Below are positions 48,508-58,709 of a stretch of DNA of 64,000 nucleotides, one piece after another. The number at the start of each line of letters is the position of its first letter. Positions within the stretch are counted from its first letter, which is position 1. The stretch is from Acetomicrobium hydrogeniformans (GTDB taxonomy: Bacteria > Synergistota > Synergistia > Synergistales > JAFGMB01). A model generated the notes under the pieces. It had not been told where the DNA came from, did not search any database, and saw nothing but the letters and a program-made list of their open reading frames with translations. Location of the stretch: NCBI GenBank assembly GCA_016841745.1, contig JAENYO010000007.1, forward strand, positions 9,408 to 73,407, in the 5' to 3' direction. The position numbers and the translations under genes were made by a program.

Positions 48508-49203
48508 TTAATGAAATACTTTCAACTGTTTCATTGCCTCATAGATATGTTCCCTGGCGAGTTCTTTTGCCGTTTCACTATCCCTTGCCTCTATGGCAAT
48601 TACCATTTGCTGGTGTTGCCGAAGGATCTTTTCTGGCCATTCCAGGTAAGGGAAAAGCCTTCTCCTGCTGTTCCCGATATATTTTTCCATAACTGCAGAA
48701 AGCCCTTCATATACACGAGATAATAATTTATTGTTGGCAGAATCGATTATCAGAGTGTGGAGAAGGGAATCCCAGTGTGCTCCTTCGCCCTCATGGTCTT
48801 CTCCATTAAGGTGGATCCTTTCAAGCTGATGTATGCACTCCCTGAGCCTGTCCAGTTGTCCTGTTGTTCTTCGTTCTGCTGCCAGGCCTGAAGCAGGGAT
48901 CTCCGTAAGGAGGCGCATTTCCATTAGTTGCTGCATCATGTCTTCAGGCCAGATACTGATATTTCTTAACCCGCTGTCAAGATCAGCAAGATCTATTTCC
49001 CGGATAAAGATACCCTCTCTTCCATGCATTTCAATGTAGCCAAGACATTCAAGGGTCACAAGCGCCTCCCTCAGAAGGTTTCTGCTTACTCCGAGCTGTT
49101 TTGAGAATTCTCTCTCAGGAGGGAGTTTGTTTCCCTTGATTATTTTGCCTTCCCGAATCAATTCTGTAATTTGTTCAACAAGTATTGCTCTCTTGGATTC
49201 CAT
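48508..49203 (-). CDS. GntR-family transcriptional regulator (FadR/FCD subfamily)
   Basis: N-terminal winged helix (LPPEREFSKQLGVSRNLLREALVTLECLGYIE) plus an all-helical C-terminal domain. RBS GGAGG. Confidence 0.85.
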   Translation of the reverse strand: MESKRAILVEQITELIREGKIIKGNKLPPEREFSKQLGVSRNLLREALVTLECLGYIEMHGREGIFIREIDLADLDSGLRNISIWPEDMMQQLMEMRLLTEIPASGLAAERRTTGQLDRLRECIHQLERIHLNGEDHEGEGAHWDSLLHTLIIDSANNKLLSRVYEGLSAVMEKYIGNSRRRLFPYLEWPEKILRQHQQMVIAIEARDSETAKELAREHIYEAMKQLKVFH

Positions 49204-49231
49204 GTTTGCCTCCTGAAGAATGGAAGGATCC

Positions 49232-49294
49232 TTGTCTATTTTTGTATATCATACTATAATTTAGTTTAAGTTGGTAGTACCTTGGTAGGACCAA
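49232..49294 (+). promoter_or_regulatory. promoter plus candidate GntR operator of TRAP operon 2
   Basis: TTGTCT (49232-37), a 17-nt spacer, then TATAAT (49255-60). This is followed by TTGGTAGTACC-TTGGTAGGACCAA (49271-49294), which contains GT-N-AC cores typical of GntR/FadR operators. Confidence 0.4.
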
Positions 49295-49317
49295 CAAAAA
49301 GGAGGATGATTCGGATA

Positions 49318-50292
49318 ATGAGAAAAGTAATCAGTGCGATCTTGCTTAGTGCTCTTGTTGTTTCTTTATTCAGTTCAATGGCCTTTGCTGTTACAACTAT
49401 CAGGCTTGCCCATGTTGTAAATGAGAAGGATGCCTTCCATCAGTGCGCATTAAAGTTCAAGGAACTGGTCGAAGCTGGTAGTGACGGAGAACTGAAGATT
49501 ACCATTTTCCCCAATGCAAAACTTGGAGACGAGAGAACACTTCTTGAAAGAATGAAACTTGGAGTTGTAGATGCTGGAATCATAACCGGTGGTCCCATTA
49601 TCAATTTCATGCCCAGCTTCGGTGTATTTGACCTGCCCTTTATTTTCAGCAGTCCCGAGCATGCTTATAAGGTTCTGGACGGTCCAGTGGGTCAGCAGAT
49701 GTTGAATGACATGGAACAGTTTGGCTGGAAGGGCTTGGCATACGGGGAAAGGGGTTTTCGCAATCTGACCAACAGTAAGAGGGAAGTCAAGACTCCTGAA
49801 GACATTAAAGGACTCAAGATACGCCTGATGCAGAACCCGGTTTATGTTGATTCATTCAAGGCTCTTGGTGCAAATGCAGTTCCCATGGCCTGGACAGAAG
49901 TACTCACAGCTCTTCAACAGGGTACAGTTGACGGCCAGGAAAATCCCCTCAATGTTATTGTTGCCTTCAAACTTTATGAAACTCAGAAGTACCTATCCAT
50001 CACAAGGCATGCTTATGCACCCAATGTCATAATGGTCAGCATGAAAACCTGGAATAAACTTTCTCCTGAACAGCAGACCCTGGTTCAGGAATCTGCCCAT
50101 GCCGCAGCTGCATACAACCGTAAACTCGATAATGACAATGCGGCAGAATGGCTCCAGTTCCTTAAAGATCAGGGAATGGTGGTTACCCAGCCCGATCTTG
50201 CCGCCTTCAGAGAGGCTGTGAAGCCTGTTTATGAAAAATATCAGGATAAGTTTGGTAAAGACCTGATCGATTCCATACTCAACACAAAGTAG
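49318..50292 (+). CDS. dctP: TRAP transporter substrate-binding protein (DctP family)
   Basis: Signal peptide and DctP-family layout. I chose the start at ATG 49318, downstream of AAGGAGG. Confidence 0.85.
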   Translation: MRKVISAILLSALVVSLFSSMAFAVTTIRLAHVVNEKDAFHQCALKFKELVEAGSDGELKITIFPNAKLGDERTLLERMKLGVVDAGIITGGPIINFMPSFGVFDLPFIFSSPEHAYKVLDGPVGQQMLNDMEQFGWKGLAYGERGFRNLTNSKREVKTPEDIKGLKIRLMQNPVYVDSFKALGANAVPMAWTEVLTALQQGTVDGQENPLNVIVAFKLYETQKYLSITRHAYAPNVIMVSMKTWNKLSPEQQTLVQESAHAAAAYNRKLDNDNAAEWLQFLKDQGMVVTQPDLAAFREAVKPVYEKYQDKFGKDLIDSILNTK

Positions 50293-50309
50293 GAGTCTCA
50301 GAGAAAAAC

Positions 50310-50813
50310 ATGAATGAAAAAGAAATGGACAGGGGCGAGTTGAAAGGCTCGCCTCTGCTTAAATTAAGCGACAAACTGAATCATATCAGTGAAGTTGTCC
50401 TGTTCTTCCTCATGGTGGGCATGATCGGGATCACTACACTGCAGATATTCTGCAGGTTTTTTCTGGATGCCCTTATCTGGTCCGAGGAGCTTACACGATT
50501 TATGCTTGTGGGCGCCTCTCTTCTGGGAGCAGCTATAGCCTTTAAAAGAGGATCTCACATTGCGGTGACCTTTCTGGTTATGAAACTTCCTGCACCGGTC
50601 CGAAAGCTTGTAGCCCTGCTGGTCCAGTTAATTGGAATAGCTTTTTTCATTATTGTAGCCTATTACGGGGCGATCCTTATGCACAGTGAGTCTTATCAGA
50701 CGACTCCTGCCATGGGGATCTCCATGAAATGGGTATATATGATGTATCCGCTGATCGGTGGGATTATTCTGATCCATTTAATATCCGGGATCAGGGAAAT
50801 CCTCAGGAGGTAG
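50310..50813 (+). CDS. dctQ: TRAP transporter small permease (DctQ family)
   Basis: 167 aa, 4 TM segments, with the IWSEELTRF motif. Confidence 0.8.
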   Translation: MNEKEMDRGELKGSPLLKLSDKLNHISEVVLFFLMVGMIGITTLQIFCRFFLDALIWSEELTRFMLVGASLLGAAIAFKRGSHIAVTFLVMKLPAPVRKLVALLVQLIGIAFFIIVAYYGAILMHSESYQTTPAMGISMKWVYMMYPLIGGIILIHLISGIREILRR

Positions 50814-50819
50814 AGGAAA

Positions 50820-52109
50820 ATGGGCTGGATTCTTGCAGGTTCCTTTTTCTTTTTTCTATTACTGGGAGTTCCTATAGGTCTTTCCATAGGGGTTTCCGCA
50901 GTAACAGTGTTGATTATCAGCGATATCCCACTGGAAATGGTTCCGCAAACCATGTTTGCCGGAAATAATTCTTTTGCCCTTGTTGCTGTCCCCTTCTTTA
51001 TTCTTGCGGGAGATATCCTTGCAAAGGGAGGGATATCCGAGAGGATCGTAGCATTTGCAGAAGCGACTCTCGGCAGGATACGGGGAGGCCTTTCCATCGT
51101 TTCGACAGTAGCGTCCATGTTTATAGCAGCTATTTCAGGGTCAGGAGCTGCCACCACTGCTGCTGTAGGGACTGCCCTGCTTCCTGATCTGGAAGAGATG
51201 GGGTACGATGTTGACTTTTCTGCTGCTTTAATAGCAGCGTCGGGAACCATAGGTGTGGTTATTCCCCCGAGTGTTCCCATGGTTCTTTATGCAGTAATAG
51301 CTGGGGAATCGGTGGCCAAACTTTTTATGGGAGGAGTTATTCCGGGGATCCTTATGGGACTTGGGCTTATAAGCCTTGCCATCTATGTTGCCCGGAAAAG
51401 GGGCTATCCAGCCAGTGAAAAGGTAAGCGGCAAGGAGAAATGGAACCGCTTTGTAAATTCACTCTGGGGGCTTATGACACCTGTAATAATCCTTGGTGGT
51501 ATATTCTCCGGAGTCTTTACTCCATCAGAAGCTGCAGCCATAGCAGTTGATTATTCCCTATTGGTGGCTTTCTTTGTATACAAGACAATGGATCTTAAAA
51601 AACTTTACAAGCTTGTGATCAATGCAGGTGTAACTTCTGCACTGATCATGTTTATCATCGCGACAGCAAAGCTATTTGGATGGGGACTTGCCTTTTATGA
51701 AGTGCCCGAGGCTGTCGCAAGTGCATTTCTTGGAGTCGCAGGAGGAAACCGGTTCTTTGTATACCTTATGATAATCATAATAGTCCTTCTGGCTGGAATG
51801 TTCATGGAAACTGCGTCAGCTCTCATAATTCTCACACCTATATTCCTGCCGACAATAAGTCAGTTGGGAGGTAACCTTATCCATTTCGGAGTTATTATAG
51901 CCATAGGTCTTGCAATTGGAATGGCGACTCCACCTGTTGCTATAGATATATATGTTGCCAGTGCTATAACGGGTCTATCCATGGAAGAGATCAGTAAACC
52001 CATAATTCCCATGGTCCTTGTCCTGATAGCAGTTCTGCTCCTTGTTACATATTTCCCGTCTATAGCACTATTCCTTCCAAAACTTTTCTGGGGAGCGGCT
52101 GGAGTCTAG
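50820..52109 (+). CDS. dctM: TRAP transporter large permease (DctM family)
   Basis: 429-aa polytopic protein, a paralog of 41390..42679. Confidence 0.9.
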   Translation: MGWILAGSFFFFLLLGVPIGLSIGVSAVTVLIISDIPLEMVPQTMFAGNNSFALVAVPFFILAGDILAKGGISERIVAFAEATLGRIRGGLSIVSTVASMFIAAISGSGAATTAAVGTALLPDLEEMGYDVDFSAALIAASGTIGVVIPPSVPMVLYAVIAGESVAKLFMGGVIPGILMGLGLISLAIYVARKRGYPASEKVSGKEKWNRFVNSLWGLMTPVIILGGIFSGVFTPSEAAAIAVDYSLLVAFFVYKTMDLKKLYKLVINAGVTSALIMFIIATAKLFGWGLAFYEVPEAVASAFLGVAGGNRFFVYLMIIIIVLLAGMFMETASALIILTPIFLPTISQLGGNLIHFGVIIAIGLAIGMATPPVAIDIYVASAITGLSMEEISKPIIPMVLVLIAVLLLVTYFPSIALFLPKLFWGAAGV

Positions 52110-52146
52110 CCCCTTTCCTGAAATATTCTGAATGGAGGTTGAATCT

Positions 52147-53811
52147 ATGATGAAAAGTGACAATGCAAAGAAAGGTCCAGAAAGAGCACCTCACAGATCC
52201 CTTATGAAAGCAGGGGGATATACGGATTGGGAGATAGAACGTCCATGGATTGGTGTGGTTAATGCCTATAATTCTATCATTCCAGGTCATACCCATCTGA
52301 ACAGAATAACTGAAGCTGTCAAATCAGGGGTCTATGCCAGCGGAGGCCTTCCTCTCGAATTTCCAGTGATCGGTATTTGTGACGGTATCGCAATGAATCA
52401 TGAGGGAATGAAATTTTCCCTTCCCAGCCGAGAGCTTATCATGGATTCTATAGAGGTAATGGCAAGGGGTCATGCCCTTGATGCTCTGGTTCTTGTTACC
52501 AACTGCGATAAAATAATTCCAGGTATGGCCATGGCGGCTGCCATGTTGAACATTCCGGCTATCATAATCAGCGGCGGGCCAATGCTTGCTGGTATTCACG
52601 GCAAGAGGGATATTGATCTCAGTACGGTATTTGAAGCTGTTGGACGAAGGGTAGTTGGAACCATATCGGAAGAAGAGCTGAAGGAAGTGGAGAATTGTGC
52701 CTGTCCCACCTGCGGTTCATGTTCAGGTATGTTTACAGCTAATACAATGAATTGCATGATGGAAGCCCTGGGTTTTGCCCTCCCTGGAAATGGAACAATT
52801 CCTGCCGTTTTTGCAGAAAGGGAAAGACTGGCAAAAGATGCGGGAAGAAAGATCATGTATCTGGTGGAAAACAATATCAAACCGAGGGATATTCTTACAA
52901 AAAAAGCTTTTGAAAATGCAGTTGCGGTAGATATGGCCCTGGGTGGTTCTACAAATACAGCTCTTCATCTCCCTGCAATTGCCCATATGGCAGGAGTGGA
53001 TCTGACTCTTGAAAAGCTTGATGAAATAAGTAAGAAGACACCCCATCTCTGCAGCATGAGTCCAGGTGGTCCTTATCATATTCAGGATCTTTACTTTGCC
53101 GGAGGGGTACAGGCGGTGATGAAACGTCTTTCCGGAAATGGTCTTATTCATATGGATATTCCTACTGTAACGGGAGAAAGTGTAGGAACGAACCTCGAAA
53201 AAATAAGAGTAAAGGACGATGAGATTATTCGACCCCTTAACAATCCCTATCACGAAACAGGAGGTATAGCAGTTCTCAAAGGGAATATTGCCATTGAGGG
53301 CTCAGTTGTAAAACAGACAGCTGTTGCTCCTGAAATGCTTGTTCATAAGGGGCCTGCCCGGGTTTTCAATAGTGAAGAAGATGCCAGCAGGGCTATTCTC
53401 GGGAAGGATATCAGGGAAGGTGACGTTATCGTTATCCGTTATGAAGGGCCAAAAGGCGGACCTGGAATGAGAGAGATGCTTTCTCCCACTTCCTCTCTTG
53501 CCGGTATGGGAATGGACAAGACAGTTGCACTGATAACGGATGGCAGATTTTCCGGGGCTACAAAGGGTGCGGCTATAGGACATGTTTCTCCGGAAGCAGC
53601 CGCAGGCGGCGATATTGCCCTTATTGAAGAGGGAGATATTATAGAGATCAATATCCCTGCTGGGAAACTGAACGTACTTATCTCTGAAGAAGAACTTTCC
53701 AGGAGAAGGTCAGTATGGGAGCCTTATCAGAACAATATGGAAAGTCCCTTCCTCACCAGGTATCGAGAATTTGTCACTTCCGGTGCCAGAGGAGCGGTGT
53801 TCAAAGACTGA
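52147..53811 (+). CDS. ilvD: IlvD/Edd-family dehydratase (dihydroxy-acid dehydratase-like)
   Basis: Motifs [43 protein letters not shown] and TDGRFSG are present. I chose the start at ATG 52147, 8 nt after GGAGG. Confidence 0.85.
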   Translation: MMKSDNAKKGPERAPHRSLMKAGGYTDWEIERPWIGVVNAYNSIIPGHTHLNRITEAVKSGVYASGGLPLEFPVIGICDGIAMNHEGMKFSLPSRELIMDSIEVMARGHALDALVLVTNCDKIIPGMAMAAAMLNIPAIIISGGPMLAGIHGKRDIDLSTVFEAVGRRVVGTISEEELKEVENCACPTCGSCSGMFTANTMNCMMEALGFALPGNGTIPAVFAERERLAKDAGRKIMYLVENNIKPRDILTKKAFENAVAVDMALGGSTNTALHLPAIAHMAGVDLTLEKLDEISKKTPHLCSMSPGGPYHIQDLYFAGGVQAVMKRLSGNGLIHMDIPTVTGESVGTNLEKIRVKDDEIIRPLNNPYHETGGIAVLKGNIAIEGSVVKQTAVAPEMLVHKGPARVFNSEEDASRAILGKDIREGDVIVIRYEGPKGGPGMREMLSPTSSLAGMGMDKTVALITDGRFSGATKGAAIGHVSPEAAAGGDIALIEEGDIIEINIPAGKLNVLISEEELSRRRSVWEPYQNNMESPFLTRYREFVTSGARGAVFKD

Positions 53812-53904
53812 TCTCACCTGTTTCAATAACAAGTAAAGAGGAAACCCCTTCCTTCTTTGTCATGGGCCTGCCGGTTTATCGGCAGGCCTCGCTTTTCCAG
53901 GTCA

Positions 53905-55230
53905 TCAACCCAGGATGGCAACTGGTATATCTTCCCATCTTGTGGTGTAGAAGGGAGATCTGAAGGCACTCTGCATTGTCCAATTCTGTTGAATTCCTGC
54001 TGAAGCAAGTCTGATACTGTTCTTTCCGTATTTTCTGTTAATCTTGTCAGTTGCATTCATGAGCCTTTCATGTTTTTCATTCAAATTGCCCGTTTCAAAG
54101 AGTCCAAGTTGGAGTTTGTTATCCTGAATAATACCTGAAAGGATAACTCCTGATTTTTTATAAGTGTACCCGGTACGGTATATTCTGCTCAGAATTTCGC
54201 AGGATCTTCTAACTATAAGAGGAGTATAGGATGTAGGCGTTACTAGGTTTATAGTGGCAATATTATGATATTGGGGGTCATTCCTGAAGGGATTGGTCTG
54301 CAGGAAAACGGATATCCGGGCTGCACACGACCTCTGTTCTCTCAGTTTTTCAGCGGCCCTGCTGGCGTATTCCGTTACCGATTCCACAAGTTCTTCAAAT
54401 TTTTTTACCTGTCTACCAAAAGATCTTGAAACAATGATCTGTTTTTTGGGAGATAAGGTGTCCTTGATGGATATACAGGAAATTCCTCTCAATTCCCATA
54501 CAGTCCTTAATCCTTCTATGGTCATATGTTTTCTTACCCAATCATCAGAAGCGTATTTAAGTTTACATGCATCTGAAATTCCATTAAAAAAAAGTTTCCT
54601 GGAATAGGCTTTACCTACTCCCCATATATGTTCCACGTCTATTCTTTCCAGCATTTTATCTACATCCGGATGGTTGCTAAGATCACATACTCCATTGAAA
54701 AGGGGATATCTCTTTGCCAATCCGTTTGCCCCTTTAGCAAGGGTTTTTGTTGGTCCTATACCTATGGAAACGGGAATTCCTGTCCATCTTTTTACCTTCT
54801 GCCGGATATCCCGGGCATATTTATCCAGGTTGAACCGGGACATGGTACTAAGACGCAGAAAAGCCTCATCTATGGAATATACTTCCACCTCCGGGCATCT
54901 TTCAGCCAGTATGTCCATGACCCTTTGAGACATGTTGTCGTATAGGGTATAGTTGGAGGAATAGGCTACGACATCGTTTTTCTCAAAGAGGTCCCTGCAT
55001 CTGAAAGCCGGTTCTCCCATCTTTATACCGAGAGCCTTGGCTTCTTCGGATCGTGCTATAATGCAGCCATCATTGTTGGAGAGTACGACGACGGCTTTTC
55101 TTTCTATGACTGGGTTGAAAACCCTTTCGCAGGATACATAAAAATTATTACAGTCTACCAGCGCAAATATTTCATTTCTGGATTCCTTTATCTTTTTGAG
55201 GGATGTATTATCCATGCTATTACCCCCCAT
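53905..55230 (-). CDS. umuC: Y-family DNA polymerase (UmuC/DinB-like)
   Basis: N-terminal ALVDCNNFYVSCE, SNNDGC, and SIDEAFL motifs. 441 aa. It overlaps the upstream umuD-like gene. Confidence 0.85.
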   Translation of the reverse strand: MGGNSMDNTSLKKIKESRNEIFALVDCNNFYVSCERVFNPVIERKAVVVLSNNDGCIIARSEEAKALGIKMGEPAFRCRDLFEKNDVVAYSSNYTLYDNMSQRVMDILAERCPEVEVYSIDEAFLRLSTMSRFNLDKYARDIRQKVKRWTGIPVSIGIGPTKTLAKGANGLAKRYPLFNGVCDLSNHPDVDKMLERIDVEHIWGVGKAYSRKLFFNGISDACKLKYASDDWVRKHMTIEGLRTVWELRGISCISIKDTLSPKKQIIVSRSFGRQVKKFEELVESVTEYASRAAEKLREQRSCAARISVFLQTNPFRNDPQYHNIATINLVTPTSYTPLIVRRSCEILSRIYRTGYTYKKSGVILSGIIQDNKLQLGLFETGNLNEKHERLMNATDKINRKYGKNSIRLASAGIQQNWTMQSAFRSPFYTTRWEDIPVAILG

Positions 55231-55529
55231 AGAGAGTTTACATGATATGCTGCGGGATCAGCAGATAGTCGGGAAAAGAGCTCTATTGTCAGTTTCTCAC
55301 TGGAACAGGAAACCACAAGGTCTCCTTCTTTCGGTGTAAGGCTTCGGTCTACTATCAGGATGTCCCCTTCGTAAATACCAGTAATATCACTGTATTCACC
55401 AACTGCCTTCAGAAAAAAGGTAGCAGAAGGATTGCTTATAAGAAGATCGTCAAGATCGAGTTTTTTCTCCCTGAAATCATTTGCAGGAGAAGGGAATCCG
55501 CTTGTTATCATTTTTTGCACACAACCCAT
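55188..55529 (-). CDS. umuD: UmuD-like S24-fold protein (apparently non-cleavable, UmuD-prime-like)
   Basis: GFPSPANDF...LDLDDLLISNPSATFFLKAVG...GDILIVDR aligns with E. coli UmuD residues ~25-90, from memory. It lacks the N-terminal arm. Confidence 0.7.
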   Translation of the reverse strand: MGCVQKMITSGFPSPANDFREKKLDLDDLLISNPSATFFLKAVGEYSDITGIYEGDILIVDRSLTPKEGDLVVSCSSEKLTIELFSRLSADPAAYHVNSLWGVIAWIIHPSKR

Positions 55530-55639
55530 ATGGAAAATATTTATATTTACTTATAGTTTACAATATATTTTTTTGTAGTCAATATTATCCATATGAGTTG
55601 AATGGGGAAAAATAAAAAAGGGACGTCCTGAGACATCCC

Positions 55640-56734
55640 TTAAAAATCTATCCTTGAAAGGATATCGTCAATTTCCTGGAAGGTTATATTGAGGGGGGGG
55701 AGAAACCTTATCCCGCCACTGGTGACATTAAGAAGAACTTTTTCTTCGAAGGCTCTTTTTTTTACCATGTCCGGGTTTTCCGTACCGGCTCCTATCATGA
55801 GACCCCTTTCCCTTACCTCTGTTACCCATTTAAGTTTCGAAAGGCCCTCTGATAAATATTTACCCTTTCTCCGAACTTCCTCTAGAAAGACAGAGGTAAT
55901 TTTTGAAAGAAAAACCATGCCAGCTGATACTGCAATCGGGTTTGGTGCAAAGGTTGATCCGTGGTCTCCCATATCAAAAGGGGCAAAATTCAGAAAAATA
56001 GTTGCTCCAAGAGGCAGTCCCCCTCCAATAGACTTACCTATGGTAATAATATCGGGTTCCAGGCCATAACCCTGGTAGGAGAAATAGTTTCCTGTTCGTC
56101 CCAGTCCGGCCTGTATTTCGTCAGTAACAAGGATAAATCCCTTTTCTTTATGGAGTTCCATGACCGTTTGGGCAAGGTCATGGGGAATCGGAAGAACTCC
56201 GCTGTTACCCTGGATACACTCAAGAAAAAGGCCGGAAATAGTATTTTCTGATGCAAATTTACGTAAGGCATTTTCGTCAAGAGGAAGAAATACTGTATCG
56301 GGAAGAAGGGGTTCAAAGGGTAACCTGATCTTTTCACTATGGGTTATGGATAAAGCACCTGTGGTTCTCCCGTGGAAATTACCTTTAAAAGATACTATTT
56401 TCCCCTTCTTCCTGCACTTTTTTATGGCCTTTAATGCGGCTTCCGTTGCTTCAGTTCCGGAGTTTGAAAAATATACACAACCCTGCCCTCCGCTGAAATT
56501 CAGAAGGGTCTGAGCCATTACTGGAACCTCAGGATCGAGAAAGTAGTTTGAAAGGTGAGCATATTTCCTCACCTTGGAAACTATTGCCTCTACTACTTCA
56601 GGGTATGAGTGTCCCAGGTTCATTACACCAATACCGGCAAAGGTATCGAGAAATATTCCTTTATCGGTATGGATCCGTATTCCCTCGGCTTTTTCCACGG
56701 TAAGATCATAGGGAGAGTATATCTTTGCCTCCAT
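55640..56734 (-). CDS. class III PLP aminotransferase (ArgD-like; candidate N-acetyl-LL-DAP aminotransferase)
   Basis: Motifs SGTEATEAALK, DEIQAGLGRTG and TFAPNP are present. It is the last gene of the dap operon, with a TAATG overlap with lysC. Confidence 0.75.
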   Translation of the reverse strand: MEAKIYSPYDLTVEKAEGIRIHTDKGIFLDTFAGIGVMNLGHSYPEVVEAIVSKVRKYAHLSNYFLDPEVPVMAQTLLNFSGGQGCVYFSNSGTEATEAALKAIKKCRKKGKIVSFKGNFHGRTTGALSITHSEKIRLPFEPLLPDTVFLPLDENALRKFASENTISGLFLECIQGNSGVLPIPHDLAQTVMELHKEKGFILVTDEIQAGLGRTGNYFSYQGYGLEPDIITIGKSIGGGLPLGATIFLNFAPFDMGDHGSTFAPNPIAVSAGMVFLSKITSVFLEEVRRKGKYLSEGLSKLKWVTEVRERGLMIGAGTENPDMVKKRAFEEKVLLNVTSGGIRFLPPLNITFQEIDDILSRIDF

Positions 56735-57948
56735 TAATCTGCCTCCAGTAAACCGAATTCTTCTGCAAGAACTTTCACTGCTTTTTCTGATTCATCCTTA
56801 TGAAGCAGAACGGATATTTTGATTTCCGAGGTAGTAGTGGCAAGCATTTTTATTTTATCTTTACTGAGGGCTCCGAAAAACCTGCCAGCTACGCCCGGTG
56901 TTGACTGCATCCCAACTCCTACTACGGCTAGTTTGACGACATCCTCATTTGTACCGAATTTCCATCCTTCTATACCTTTAAGGGTCTCATTGAGAGTTTT
57001 TCGGACAATTTCATAGTTTCCGGAAATAAAGGTGAAGGTCAGGTGAGAATGCCCGTTATCGTTGACTGCCGATATCATATCCACATTAACCTCATTCGCA
57101 GCAAGATCGATAAATATTCGGCTGATAAGGCCAGTATCGTTGGGAATATTACTCAGAGTCACCTTCATCTGGTTGGGGTCAGTTGTTATTCCTGTAACAA
57201 CGGGTTGCTCGAGCCATTCGGGTATATTGTTCACCAGGTAAGTCCCCCTTTCTTCTGAAAATGTTGATGCACAATACGTTTTCACGGAATACTTCTTCGC
57301 GATCTCAACTGCCCGGGAATGGAGGACTCTGGCTCCGGATGAGGCCAGTTCCAGCATTTCATCATAGGTTATATATTCAAGTTTTCGAGCTGAGTGCTCA
57401 ACCCGGGGGTCACAGCTGTATACTCCAGCCACATCACTGTAAATTTCGCATGAAGTGCCCATTTTTGCCGCAATTGCTACAGCCGAGGTATCAGATCCCC
57501 CCCTGCCTAGAGTTGTTATCTGACCTTCGTCAGTAATACCCTGAAATCCGGTTACTACTACAACGTCGTGTGTTTCAAGTTCCCGTTGTAACTTTGAGAG
57601 CTTAAGATCCTTGATCCTGGCGTTATTATGGGTTTTAGTAGTAACCATCTCAAGTTGAAAAGCATTGTAGGATATGGCAGGGACTCCAGTCCCGTTCAGA
57701 GCCATTGATAAAAGAGAAGCAGAAACCTGCTCTCCAGTGGATAGCAGCATATCCATCTCTCTTTCCTTGGGGTTTCCCGATATGGAATATGCAAGATCGA
57801 TCAGCTGATTAGTTGACTCACCCATTGCTGATACAACAACTACAAGCTTTTCTCCCTGTTGAACCCTTACTTTTATCTTTTCAGCTATATTCCGGATCTT
57901 TTCAGGAGTTGCCATGGAAGATCCGCCATACTTCTGGACAATCAACAA
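56734..57948 (-). CDS. lysC: aspartate kinase
   Basis: N-terminal IVQKYGGSS, TLGRGGSD and C-terminal ACT repeats. 404 aa. Confidence 0.9.
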   Translation of the reverse strand: MLIVQKYGGSSMATPEKIRNIAEKIKVRVQQGEKLVVVVSAMGESTNQLIDLAYSISGNPKEREMDMLLSTGEQVSASLLSMALNGTGVPAISYNAFQLEMVTTKTHNNARIKDLKLSKLQRELETHDVVVVTGFQGITDEGQITTLGRGGSDTSAVAIAAKMGTSCEIYSDVAGVYSCDPRVEHSARKLEYITYDEMLELASSGARVLHSRAVEIAKKYSVKTYCASTFSEERGTYLVNNIPEWLEQPVVTGITTDPNQMKVTLSNIPNDTGLISRIFIDLAANEVNVDMISAVNDNGHSHLTFTFISGNYEIVRKTLNETLKGIEGWKFGTNEDVVKLAVVGVGMQSTPGVAGRFFGALSKDKIKMLATTTSEIKISVLLHKDESEKAVKVLAEEFGLLEAD

Positions 57949-58010
57949 GAACCACCTCTTGGTCTGTTTGCTGGAGGCCCTATTCGACCTCCAGCGCAGC
58001 GATATGGAGA

Positions 58011-58709
58011 TTAAAGATTTCTAAGGTCTTTGACTATCTGTGTTTTATCTGAAGTCTTTGCGTCGACCTCTTTGATCACTTTGGCCGGTGATCCAGCTAC
58101 CACACTGTATTCCGGAACATCTTTTGTTACGATGGCTCCAGCAGCAACAACAGAACCCTTTTTGACTCTGACACCCTCAAGTATCACCGCATTGGCACCA
58201 ACGAGAACATTATCTTCTATTACCACAGGCTGAGCGCTGGGAGGCTCTATTACTCCTGCCACAACAGCACCGGCACCTATGTGACAGTTGCGGCCTATCA
58301 TGGCTCTACCGCCCAGGACGGCATTCATGTCGATCATGGTGCCTTCCCCTATGACACTGCCGATATTTATAACTGCCCCCATCATTATCACAGCACCCTT
58401 ACCTATTTCCACCATATCTCTTATGATCGCGCCTGGCTCAATGCGGGCCTCATATTTAGTCAGATCGGCAAGGGGAAGAGCTGAATTTCTGGCCTGTACC
58501 TGGATGTCCACTTTATCGATGGAATCAGAAAATCTTTCTAGAAGGAATACGATTTTCTGGTAATCTCCGGTCAGGAGTCCGAATGTCTCCGTACCCATAA
58601 AATCCAGTCCATCCCAGTCTATCTCTTTGAGGTTCCCCTGTATGAATACCCTTGCGGATGTCTTTTTTTCTGCTTGACTTATCATTCTGATTATTTCTTC
58701 AGCTCGCAC
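58011..58709 (-). CDS. dapH: tetrahydrodipicolinate N-acetyltransferase (DapH-type hexapeptide transferase)
   Basis: 232 aa. The N-terminal domain resembles B. subtilis DapH, followed by left-handed beta-helix hexapeptide repeats. GTG start. Confidence 0.8.
   Translation of the reverse strand: MRAEEIIRMISQAEKKTSARVFIQGNLKEIDWDGLDFMGTETFGLLTGDYQKIVFLLERFSDSIDKVDIQVQARNSALPLADLTKYEARIEPGAIIRDMVEIGKGAVIMMGAVINIGSVIGEGTMIDMNAVLGGRAMIGRNCHIGAGAVVAGVIEPPSAQPVVIEDNVLVGANAVILEGVRVKKGSVVAAGAIVTKDVPEYSVVAGSPAKVIKEVDAKTSDKTQIVKDLRNL

Noticed and set aside
50696-51280. 194-aa minus-strand ORF
   Set aside because: It is antisense to the DctM permease gene of TRAP-2. The same applies to 16653..17129 and 15951..16355 within the NhaC gene, and to 39817..40269 within dctP. 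None has independent support.
55530-55640. SOS/LexA operator upstream of the umuD-like gene
   Set aside because: The region is AT-rich. I could not find a CGAAC-N4-GTTCG (Cheo) or CTGT-N8-ACAG type palindrome, so no operator is claimed.
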